64,000 nt of DNA from an uncultured bacterium (GTDB lineage: Bacteria > Verrucomicrobiota > Kiritimatiellia > RFP12 > UBA1067). Shown here piece by piece: positions 19,678 through 27,843 of this stretch. Position 1 is the first letter of the stretch. Every line of letters starts with the position of its first letter. The stretch is from contig CADCGZ010000012.1 in assembly GCA_902801025.1 (NCBI GenBank), forward strand, positions 29,830-93,829, read 5' to 3'. The notes under the pieces are model-generated. The model did no database searches. It was not told the origin of the DNA and was given only the letters and a program-made list of their open reading frames with translations. The position numbers and the translations under genes are program-made.

Positions 19678-22254
19678 CTAATTTCCATAACTTATGATTG
19701 GGCGGATTTGGTATCCAGCGTATCTAGCAAAGGTCTTGGAAGTAATTGTCCAGTCGTATTCATAAAGTTGGTGCCCATCTGCATCTTCATGCCTATGAAA
19801 CATCCCCCATGCGCCAGTAGAAGTCGCTATAGCAGAAGAAGTAGGAGTATCGGAACACCAACCAAAAAGCAATTGCCCCCCGCCATTTCGCGTCCACCCA
19901 GATTTGAATGATGTCCCTGTACCAACACCTGCAAACGGAATGAAAATACTCTTCGATGCATAATCCCCCTTGCCAGTGATAAGCACTCCACTCACCCCGT
20001 TACGAACAGTACATTCGCAAGTTGTGTTAGCACGAAGTTCCGAAACATCACTACTAGTCGGCATTCTCCACGGAGCGCCAAGGTATTTGGTCGCCGCATC
20101 ATGGGCCGCAACTAGGCTACCATTGCCATCAACCCAACCAGAACTCTGCAATTGTGCAAGTGATTTGTTGTAATTGGGACAATTTGTGCTTGCGAACGAA
20201 AAGCCTGTCACGGAGCCATCAACCGCATTCCAACTATCTCCAACTCGTTTATATCCAACCGTGTCCCCCCACCAGAAGAAGTATCCTGTTCCTTGCGGTG
20301 TTGTTGCACCAAGATTGTTCTTAGCCCAATACGGACCGCCTTCCCATAGCTGCACGCCTTGAGGATCCCACACCGCGTACAGGTTTTTCGTGCCAGAAGC
20401 CGCAAGGTTCTTCACGGTCTGTCCGTTTGTGTATTTCGCAGAGGTTGCATCGGCAGTGTCGGCCCATCCCTTGAAGGTAAAACCATTTCGCGTAAACGCA
20501 TTTGCAGTGAGCGCCTTCGAGACGTCGTAGGTGAAACTCTCGACCGGCATCGTGCCGGAGCCGCCGTTGGCGTTGAACTTGACGGTGTAGGTGTTGGGCG
20601 TGTAGGTTGCCTCGTACGCCACGTCGCGCGACGGGATGGTGAGCGTTGTACTCGCTGATGTCGCGCTCGCAAGGAGACCCGTGTCGGCAGTTGTGCCAGT
20701 CCAGCTCGCGAAGGTGTAGCCCGTCTTGGCCGCCGCTGCGATCGTGACGGACTTACCCTGCACGAACGACCCGGATCCCGTGCCGCCCGTCACGTTCACC
20801 TGGAAGTTCTTCTCCGTCACCTTCGCGGTCACGGCGAAGGAGGAAAGCGTTACCTGCCCCAAGTCGGCGAAGGCGTCCCACACGAACCGCCGCGTGCCGG
20901 GCTGGACCTCCAGCGTGCGGTTGTTCTCACTGGGATTGCCGACGTAGAATGTCCGCGCATTGAGGTTCGTGTTGCCCTTCGTGTCCTTAACCTCGAACGA
21001 GACAGTGCTCAGTCCGCTCGCCGCAAAGGTGACGTCTATGTCGACGAGTCCGTTCCACGGATACCGCTGGCGCGCCGTGACCGAGGTGACCTCAAGGACG
21101 AGTTTCCACACCGCATAGAGATTCACCGTGCCGTCCGGCGTCGCCGTGAGGTTGCTGACGCTCTGCTTGTTGCTGTAGGTCGCCGTTGTCGCGCTCGCCG
21201 ACGTTGCCCATCCCATGAACTTGTAGTTCACGCGCTGGAACGCGTTCGCCGTCAGCGCCTTGGCCACATCGTAGGTCATCGCGAGGTTCGCCATCGTGCC
21301 CGTTCCGCCGTTCTTGTTGAACTTGATGGTGTAGGCGTTCGCCTGCCACACCGCATAGAGATTGACCGTTCCGCCCGAGGTCGTCGTCAGGTTCTTGACG
21401 CTCTGCCCGTCGTCATACGCGGTGGTGGTAGCGGATGCACTCTTAGCCCAGCCGATGAATATGTAGCCCGTGCGCGTGAAGGTGTTGAGCGTAAGCGCCT
21501 TCGCCGTGCCGTACACAAAGCTCTCGTTCGCCATCGACCCCGTGCCGCCGTTCGCGTTGAACTTCACCGTGTAGGGCTGCCCGTCGTACGAAGTGCCGCC
21601 GCCAGATTCACCGCCGCCCGATCCGCCGCCCGAGGAGCTCGCGCGGTAGCCGGTGTTGTAGGAGCTCGTGATGTTTCCGGACGACTTCACGGCAACAATC
21701 CAGTAGTAGTAGGTCGTGCCGGCCACTGCGGTCGTATCGGTATAGGAGGTTCCAGTGACCGTCGTGAGCTGGTTAGCGTACTCGAAGTTGGAAGTATTGC
21801 CGCGCACTACGCGATAGCTCGTCGCGCTAGTCTGCGCCGACCAAGTGATGATGACGCCGGCCGTCGACGTGCCGTCCGAGGCATTGATCGAAAACGACCC
21901 GCCGGACGATCCGCCGCCGCCGCTGCCGCTTGCCGCAGTGGCCATGCCGCTGATCGCATGAGCGCCAGAGCTGTCCCAAGCCTCGACCCAGTAGTAGCAG
22001 GTGTCGACTCCGGCCTGGCTGTCGGTATAGGATGTGCCTGTCGGGGTTCCCAGCGTTGATGCAGAACTAGACGACGCGGTCCAGCTGCGCTTGACAACAT
22101 AATAGGAAGCGCCGCTGACCGACGTCCACGCCAGGCTTACGGACGTCGATGAAGTCCGTGTACAGGACGTTATGCTCGGAGCCGAAATGGCCAGGGCATT
22201 AAAGCCCACGAGCGCCAGACCCAACAGGATCAAACCGCGAATTTTGTTCATCAT
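19678..22254 (-). CDS. Modular secreted/surface protein (858 aa)
   Basis: Signal peptide, two Fn3-like units, Gly/Ser linkers, three InlB-B-type repeats, a RQRYPWNGLVD module, and a C-terminal domain homologous to the N-domain of the giant protein. Confidence 0.88.
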   Translation of the reverse strand: MMNKIRGLILLGLALVGFNALAISAPSITSCTRTSSTSVSLAWTSVSGASYYVVKRSWTASSSSASTLGTPTGTSYTDSQAGVDTCYYWVEAWDSSGAHAISGMATAASGSGGGGSSGGSFSINASDGTSTAGVIITWSAQTSATSYRVVRGNTSNFEYANQLTTVTGTSYTDTTAVAGTTYYYWIVAVKSSGNITSSYNTGYRASSSGGGSGGGESGGGTSYDGQPYTVKFNANGGTGSMANESFVYGTAKALTLNTFTRTGYIFIGWAKSASATTTAYDDGQSVKNLTTTSGGTVNLYAVWQANAYTIKFNKNGGTGTMANLAMTYDVAKALTANAFQRVNYKFMGWATSASATTATYSNKQSVSNLTATPDGTVNLYAVWKLVLEVTSVTARQRYPWNGLVDIDVTFAASGLSTVSFEVKDTKGNTNLNARTFYVGNPSENNRTLEVQPGTRRFVWDAFADLGQVTLSSFAVTAKVTEKNFQVNVTGGTGSGSFVQGKSVTIAAAAKTGYTFASWTGTTADTGLLASATSASTTLTIPSRDVAYEATYTPNTYTVKFNANGGSGTMPVESFTYDVSKALTANAFTRNGFTFKGWADTADATSAKYTNGQTVKNLAASGTKNLYAVWDPQGVQLWEGGPYWAKNNLGATTPQGTGYFFWWGDTVGYKRVGDSWNAVDGSVTGFSFASTNCPNYNKSLAQLQSSGWVDGNGSLVAAHDAATKYLGAPWRMPTSSDVSELRANTTCECTVRNGVSGVLITGKGDYASKSIFIPFAGVGTGTSFKSGWTRNGGGQLLFGWCSDTPTSSAIATSTGAWGMFHRHEDADGHQLYEYDWTITSKTFARYAGYQIRPIISYGN

Positions 22255-22601
22255 CTCTTCATTCCCCCGCGCCTTTCCTTTACGAGGCCCGACACCCTCG
22301 GCGCAGAAAAGAAGAGTGGCGTGCCTTTAAATCCATGTCTTGTAGAGGCATCGCCAAACGCCCGTAGTTAAACACGATTATAAGACACGCCACGTGATTG
22401 CACACGCGACGCATCTCACATACTCGGCTTAACTACTGAAAATTGGCGATTTTCTACAAAGCCAAATACGCAAGATTGCGTACGTCGGCGGATGTTGCCA
22501 CCCGCCCTTGGCGGACTCCGCGTTTCGCGTGCCGCCGCTCCCGGGCCATCCTGCACCCGGGAGTATGGGAAAGATCAATGTCGTGCGGTTTCCCGCAAGA
22601 C
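22255..22601 (-). ncRNA. Candidate ~350-nt structured 5' leader RNA
   Basis: Five consecutive hairpins plus two crossing long-range helices, lying between a predicted promoter and the ATG at 22254. Confidence 0.6.
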
Positions 22602-22607
22602 GGTGAA

Positions 22608-22637
22608 ATTATACTACATCCGCCCTTCCGCCGTCAA
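22608..22637 (-). promoter_or_regulatory. Sigma70-like promoter
   Basis: TTGACG (22632-22637), 18-nt spacer, TATAAT (22608-22613). Confidence 0.7.
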
Positions 22638-22694
22638 ATCGCAAAATTAAAAAATCAAAGCGCGGTTAAATGAGATTATGGTGCGGACGAAATC

Positions 22695-23020
22695 ACATAT
22701 CCCCCGACGACCGAAGGGAGGAGCCGCGAAGCATATCCACCGACCGAAGGTCGCTGCCGAAGGCAGTCGCTAGAGTGGTGGCGCTATGCGGGGTGCGGAT
22801 GTGTCGCGGCAAGGTTAAGCGAGCTGACGGAACGTCGGCGAGCGCAGATGCTGCGAAGAAAAACGCACCTTATGGAAGGTGAGGCAAGGGACGAGGGGGC
22901 GAGTGCCGAACTGAGCGACATGCAACGACGCGGTTCTTCGGATGCGCGGTGAGACACGTCGCAAGGCGAGGAGGTGTATTCACCGACGAAGCATTGCGGC
23001 GCGTATCGCCGCGAAGACGA
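22695..23020. repeat. Cluster of REP-like palindromic elements
   Basis: gaccgaaggtc and ctgccgaaggcag hairpins, plus a long imperfect palindrome centred on ggtgtattcacc. Confidence 0.5.
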
Positions 23021-23095
23021 CGAGAGCGGCGGCGCAGGGAGCGTGAGAGAGGCCGAGACCCCGAGCACCGCGCCGAACTCCCGAGGGTGCCAAGC

Positions 23096-23277
23096 GCGGC
23101 CACGGTTCGGGTCGGTTAGCGGAACGGACCGAAGCAGGGGGAGGCGAGTTGCGCAGGACTCGACCCCGACGGCGTATATGTATACGCCGAGCGGGTCGAA
23201 GGACGCGCAAATCGCCCGCCCTGCACAGGGAGTACCGTTACCCGAACCGTGGCCGCACACCCGAACCGTGGCCGCAC
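23096..23277. mobile_element. MITE-like palindrome with 17-bp terminal inverted repeats and a duplicated right arm
   Basis: gcggccacggttcgggt (23096-23112) matches acccgaaccgtggccgc (23240-23256, repeated at 23259-23275); centre ggcgtata-tg-tatacgcc. Confidence 0.6.
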
Positions 23278-23347
23278 GTTGACAGGCAAACCAGCACAGC
23301 TAGCGAGCGCTAAACCGAAACACGCCCCGCCGCGGACGCGCCACCAC

Positions 23348-24520
23348 TTACAAACTCGCTATGCGCTTGGCGAGACGGGGGAGGCCGGGGTCGCGCGCAC
23401 CAGCCGTCGCAAACGCGGCGTATTTGCCGCGGCGAGCCGCAATCCAGTCGAACGCCGCATCAAGATCTCCGACGAGCTCGACGCGCGAGGGGTCAAGCTT
23501 AGCCGCAAGCGCGTCGGAGTTTATCGAGCGGTCGGTCGTGCCGCCCGCATCGTAGACGGGAAGCAAAAGCAGCTTGTCCTGCGGGCGAATCACCTCGGCA
23601 AACATGTCGGCGAGATCGTCCTTCATCTTGCGAAGTGGCGCGTAGCCGTGGGGACGCCAAACGACGCAAAGTCCGCCCGGATAACGCTCGGCAAGCGTCA
23701 GCCACATCGCGCGAAGCTTCTCGGGATTGTGCGCGTAGTCATCGTAGACACATTCGCCATACTTCTGCAACCGGCGCTCGACGCCGCCAAAACTCTCCAT
23801 CGCCTTCTCCGCCTCGGCGCGGTCACAGCCAAGCGCGACTGCCATGCGGACTGCGAGCGAGGCGTTCTGGCTGTTGAAGTCCTGCGGGCGGTAGGTTTCG
23901 CCGCGAGCGTCGACGACGGGACCTGGGCAGTCCTTCACGAAAGCGTCGAAGACTTCGTCCATCTCCTCCTTCGAGTAATGGTCGGCTGAAGCGTTCGTCA
24001 CGATTGCGGCATAGGGGCTAAACGCGACGAGAGACTTGTCGCTTTCATCTACCTCTGCAACGGCATATTCTCCCTTCCCGAACCTGACAGCCCCCTGCCA
24101 GCCGGGGACGTTCGCGCCGTTGACGCACATCGGGTCGAGCCCACATGTCGAAAGCACGTGGCCGAGCATCGCGGTGACGGTTGACTTGCCGCAAGTGCCG
24201 ACTACGGCGACGAGCTTGTAGCCGGAGAGCGCGCGGGCGAGGGCCTTAGCACGATGGGTCACAGGGATTCCAAATTCCTTGGCACGCGCAAGCCCGGAAT
24301 TCGTGTCCTCAATCGCAGTAGAAACAATTACCTCGTCAGTGGACGCGTCGATTCCGCTGCCGTCGTCAGGGAAGCAGCGGATGCCAAGAGAGCCGAGAAA
24401 TCTTATGTTCGGAGTGTCGAGATTGCGATCGGCGCCGGTCACTTCGTCGCCGAGACGGACAAGCGCCGTCGCGAGCGCACTCATGCCGACGCCGCCGATT
24501 CCGATAAGATGTCGCTTCAC
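23348..24520 (-). CDS. murC: Mur ligase, UDP-N-acetylmuramate-L-alanine ligase-like
   Basis: GTG start overlapping the upstream stop; HLIGIGGVGMSALA, GTCGKSTVT, EVDESD, GVERR and DDYAHNP motifs. Short (390 aa). Confidence 0.75.
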   Translation of the reverse strand: MKRHLIGIGGVGMSALATALVRLGDEVTGADRNLDTPNIRFLGSLGIRCFPDDGSGIDASTDEVIVSTAIEDTNSGLARAKEFGIPVTHRAKALARALSGYKLVAVVGTCGKSTVTAMLGHVLSTCGLDPMCVNGANVPGWQGAVRFGKGEYAVAEVDESDKSLVAFSPYAAIVTNASADHYSKEEMDEVFDAFVKDCPGPVVDARGETYRPQDFNSQNASLAVRMAVALGCDRAEAEKAMESFGGVERRLQKYGECVYDDYAHNPEKLRAMWLTLAERYPGGLCVVWRPHGYAPLRKMKDDLADMFAEVIRPQDKLLLLPVYDAGGTTDRSINSDALAAKLDPSRVELVGDLDAAFDWIAARRGKYAAFATAGARDPGLPRLAKRIASL

Positions 24521-24948
24521 TGCACCTGTATCGTGCGCTGCTCGTAGTGCCCGGGCTGCCAAGTCCTGAGAACAGTGCCGTTCGGCTGAACCGTGTCGAC
24601 ATAGCGCCCCTCGACCCAGACGTTCTGTGTCTGGTAGACCGGCTGCTGAACGACGACGGGCGCTGGAGCCACGACGACAGGCGCGGGCTGCACGACGACA
24701 GGCGCGGGCGTCACGACAGTCGGAGCTGGCGTCACGACCACCGGCGCGGGAGTCGACACTGCGCTTGCGACAAGCCCGCCGAGAAGAGCGCCGCCGACAA
24801 TGCCCGCGGCAATTGCGCCGCCGCTGCCGTGGTGGTGATGGTGGCTCGTGTGAACCGAGACGTGCGGTGGCCTGTAGGGGGCATGCCCCCTGGCGAAAAG
24901 CGTTGAAGCAGCAACAAGCGCCATCGCGAAAACAATGATCCTCTTCAT
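24517..24948 (-). CDS. Secreted Pro/Val-rich protein with His tract and glycine zipper
   Basis: Signal peptide, HHHHH, AIAAGIVGGALLGG, PAPVVV repeats, WVEGRY/WQPGHY motifs; GGAGGA RBS. Confidence 0.8.
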   Translation of the reverse strand: MKRIIVFAMALVAASTLFARGHAPYRPPHVSVHTSHHHHHGSGGAIAAGIVGGALLGGLVASAVSTPAPVVVTPAPTVVTPAPVVVQPAPVVVAPAPVVVQQPVYQTQNVWVEGRYVDTVQPNGTVLRTWQPGHYEQRTIQVQ

Positions 24949-25019
24949 GGTGGCATCTCCTCCTTAAAAGTTTACGTTCGTGTAAATTATACCATAATTC
25001 CGCCGTCGCTTGGCGGGAA

Positions 25020-26420
25020 TCACTCGAACTGGTATGTCTGGCCTGGCATCGGCGCGACGACATTGCGGATGCCATGCTCCTTGAGGATGTCGGCCATCGC
25101 CGCCACCTTCTCCGGCTCGCCGTGGACAGCGAACGCACTGCGCACGTTGTCCTTCACCTCGTTTATCCAGTCGATGAGACCGGCGCGGTCGGCATGCGCG
25201 GAGAGCGCGTTGATGATCTCGACGCGGGCTCTAAGCGGAACTTCTTCGCCAAAGACCTTGATCGTCTCGCGCCTCTCGACGATGCGGCGGCCGAGCGTGT
25301 TCTCCGCCTGGAAGCCGCAGATGAGGATGATGTTGTCCTCGTCCTGAACGCAGTGCTTCAAGTGGTGGAGAACCCGCCCGCCTTCGCACATGCCTGACGC
25401 CGCGATGATGATCATGGGGCCGGGAGTGTCGTTGAGCGCCATCGACTCCTCGGGCGTGCCGACGAACACCATGCCCGGGAACTCGAGCGGGTCCTTGCCC
25501 TCGGCAAGCATCCTCTTCGCCTCGTCGTTGTAGACTTCGCGGTGCTTCGCGTAGATGCGCGTCGCCTTCTGGGAAAGCGGCGAGTCGATGTAGACCTTCA
25601 CCTCGCGCGGCACCTTGCCCTTCTCGCGCAGCTTGTTCAGGTAGTAGATGATCTGCTGCGTACGGCCGACCGAGAACGCGGGAATTAGCAGCTTCGCGTT
25701 ATGTCGGTCGATGTACTTGAGATACTTCTCGAGCCGTAGCTCGACGTCGTCGGCCGACGGGTGGAACTTGTCGGCGTAGGTCGACTCGATGATGAGGATG
25801 TCCGCGCCGGCGGGATACTCGTAGTGGCGGAGTATCGGCTGGTTCGGCTGGCCGAGGTCTCCGGAGAAAAGCAGGCGGTGGTTGTGGCCGTGGTCGGAGC
25901 GGATGTCGAGCTGGACGAGGGCGGAGCCGAGGATGTGCCCAGCGTTGAAGAACTCGAGCGTTATTCCGCGGCATATCTCCCGCGGCTCGTGCATGTGCGT
26001 CGGGACGAAAAGCTGCATCAGCGCGTCGACGTCGCTCTCCTCGTAAAGCGGCTCGAAAAGCTTCTTGCCTTCCTTGCGGCGCTTCTTGTTGATGTATTCG
26101 AGGTCGCGCTTCTGGAGAAAGCACGAGTCTCTCAGCATCACGTCGCAGAGGTCGGTCGTGGACTGCCTTGCAAACACGCGTCCGCGGAAGCCCTGCCTTA
26201 CGAGCTGCGGGAGGTTCCCACTGTGGTCGATGTGCGCATGCGAGAGAATGACATAGTCAATCTTCGCTGGGTCCACCGGAAGGTTGCGGTTCTTCTCGAA
26301 CGCCTCCTTGCGATGTCCTTGGTACAGCCCGCAGTCGAGCAGTATCCGCTTGCCGTTGGCCTCTACGAGATGCATGGAGCCGGTCGTCGTCTGCGCCGCT
26401 CCGTAGAAAGTTATTCTCAT
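25020..26420 (-). CDS. MBL-fold/beta-CASP RNA-metabolising hydrolase
   Basis: SHAHIDH, AGHILGSA, FSGDLG, ESTY, GRTQ, SGMCEGGR, SAHAD and VHGE motifs. Confidence 0.93.
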   Translation of the reverse strand: MRITFYGAAQTTTGSMHLVEANGKRILLDCGLYQGHRKEAFEKNRNLPVDPAKIDYVILSHAHIDHSGNLPQLVRQGFRGRVFARQSTTDLCDVMLRDSCFLQKRDLEYINKKRRKEGKKLFEPLYEESDVDALMQLFVPTHMHEPREICRGITLEFFNAGHILGSALVQLDIRSDHGHNHRLLFSGDLGQPNQPILRHYEYPAGADILIIESTYADKFHPSADDVELRLEKYLKYIDRHNAKLLIPAFSVGRTQQIIYYLNKLREKGKVPREVKVYIDSPLSQKATRIYAKHREVYNDEAKRMLAEGKDPLEFPGMVFVGTPEESMALNDTPGPMIIIAASGMCEGGRVLHHLKHCVQDEDNIILICGFQAENTLGRRIVERRETIKVFGEEVPLRARVEIINALSAHADRAGLIDWINEVKDNVRSAFAVHGEPEKVAAMADILKEHGIRNVVAPMPGQTYQFE

Positions 26421-26519
26421 GCCATGATTATATCAAAATTTACACCATGCGGCTATTGCAAAACGCAAATGCGGACATGACCCGCGGACGGCGAGAACCG
26501 ATTTCGCAATAGATGCACG

Positions 26520-27797
26520 TCAAGCGCGAGAATCGACATCCGTGACGCGATCGCGGCGGAAGAACAAAAACCGCGCAAGCAGGACGGCGACCGCACCGAG
26601 GGCGTAGGTGCCGCCGAAGATCGCGATGCCGTGCTGGTAGGAGAAGTGCTGTCCGACATAGCCAAGGACCGCCGTCGCGGGGCAGCCAATCAGGAACGCT
26701 CCGCAGAGGTACACTCCCATCGCGGCGGCGCGGTAGCGCGGCGCCACGACCTCGAAGAGGCCCGAGTAGAGCGAGCAGTCGAAGAGTCCGCCGCCGATGC
26801 CGAAGAGGAACATCATGAAGCAGCAAAGCGCGAAGTTCGGCATGTAGACCATCGCCGCCATCGCGGGGGCGGAGAGCGAGAGTCCGAAGATGAGCATGTT
26901 GATGCGGATCGCCGGGAAGCGGTGCACGAGCCGGTCGGAGAGGCGCGCGCCAGACGCGATGCCGATGAACGAGCCGACGTAGAACCAGAAGACCGCGTGG
27001 AACGCGGCAGAGCCGCCCTCGAGTCCGAAACCGCCCTCCGAGCCCGGGATGCGAAGGAAGAGCGGCATGAAGGTGCGGAAGCAGTTGGAGCCGAAGACCA
27101 GCATGCCGAACGCAAAGGTGAGGAGCAGCGCGGTTGGCTTGGAGACCATGGCGAAGCACGCCTCCTTGAAGCTCGCGCGCTCGAGCTCGCCCGCACGGTG
27201 GTTCTGGATGAGCGGCGGCGTGTCGCGCATGAAGATGCATAGGATGACCGTCCACACGACGCCAAGGGCGCCGAAGCCCCAGAACGCCCAGCGCCAGCCC
27301 TCCTGGGAATGCGCGCCGAGGAATCCGGCGAGAACGGACGAGACGATGATGCCGAAGTAGAGTCCGGTCTGGTAGATGGAAAGCGCGGTCGAACGCGTCT
27401 CGTGGTGATACTGTGCAATCAGCGAACTCGACGAAGCGGGAATCATGCACTGTCCGATGCCGTTCATGAGTCCGTACATGATGAGCATTCCGACGAAGCC
27501 GTCGACAAAGCCCGTTCCGAGGACGCTTGCGGAAAAGAGGAATGCGCCAACGACGACCACCCACTTGCGGCGGAGCATGTCGGCGGCAATGCCGGCGAGC
27601 GGAACGGCGAGTCCGTAGGCGAAAAGAAACGCGGTGCGGGTGAAGCCCCACTGAGCATCGCTCGTCCCCGGGAGAGACGCCTTGATGTCCGGCAGCGACG
27701 CGTTGAAAATCTGACGCGTCGCATGCATCAGAAAATAGGTGAAGGCCAGGAGCCCCAGCAAGAGCCACTTGTAGTTCTTCCCCTCCTGTTTCTCCAT
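26520..27797 (-). CDS. MFS transporter (sugar-acid/ACS-like)
   Basis: About 12 hydrophobic helices and a GIAADMLRRK loop motif; start MEKQEG after GGAGG. Confidence 0.9.
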   Translation of the reverse strand: MEKQEGKNYKWLLLGLLAFTYFLMHATRQIFNASLPDIKASLPGTSDAQWGFTRTAFLFAYGLAVPLAGIAADMLRRKWVVVVGAFLFSASVLGTGFVDGFVGMLIMYGLMNGIGQCMIPASSSSLIAQYHHETRSTALSIYQTGLYFGIIVSSVLAGFLGAHSQEGWRWAFWGFGALGVVWTVILCIFMRDTPPLIQNHRAGELERASFKEACFAMVSKPTALLLTFAFGMLVFGSNCFRTFMPLFLRIPGSEGGFGLEGGSAAFHAVFWFYVGSFIGIASGARLSDRLVHRFPAIRINMLIFGLSLSAPAMAAMVYMPNFALCCFMMFLFGIGGGLFDCSLYSGLFEVVAPRYRAAAMGVYLCGAFLIGCPATAVLGYVGQHFSYQHGIAIFGGTYALGAVAVLLARFLFFRRDRVTDVDSRA

Positions 27798-27843
27798 GGC
27801 CTCTACCTCCTCTGTACCGGGATCCAGTCCGGCGCCGGCCGGG

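Noticed and set aside
17890-19680. Integron cassette array
   Set aside because: The small low-GC ORFs are not separated by attC-like inverted repeats with GTTRRRY ends.
7978-22254. Complete diversity-generating retroelement
   Set aside because: Target-like lectin folds are present, but I found no reverse transcriptase, no Avd-like gene and no adenine-only TR/VR repeat pair in the window.
22280-22414. 44-codon leader peptide (MRRVCNHVAC...)
   Set aside because: No RBS and no run of regulatory codons; the RNA pairings explain the region better.
22467-22601. c-di-GMP-I riboswitch or tRNA
   Set aside because: GNRA hairpins are present, but the GGCAAACC/GACGCAAA consensus and tRNA arms are not.
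22695-23280. CRISPR array or protein-coding gene (e.g. 22784-23260 -)
   Set aside because: There is no regular repeat-spacer period, and the ORFs are low-complexity readings of palindromic DNA without an RBS.
7700-23345. Integrative element or prophage
   Set aside because: No integrase, tRNA, phage gene or flanking direct repeat was seen.
24521-25138. 596-aa N-terminally extended MurC from the ORF track
   Set aside because: The extension overlaps two better-supported genes; MurC similarity starts at the GTG at 24520.
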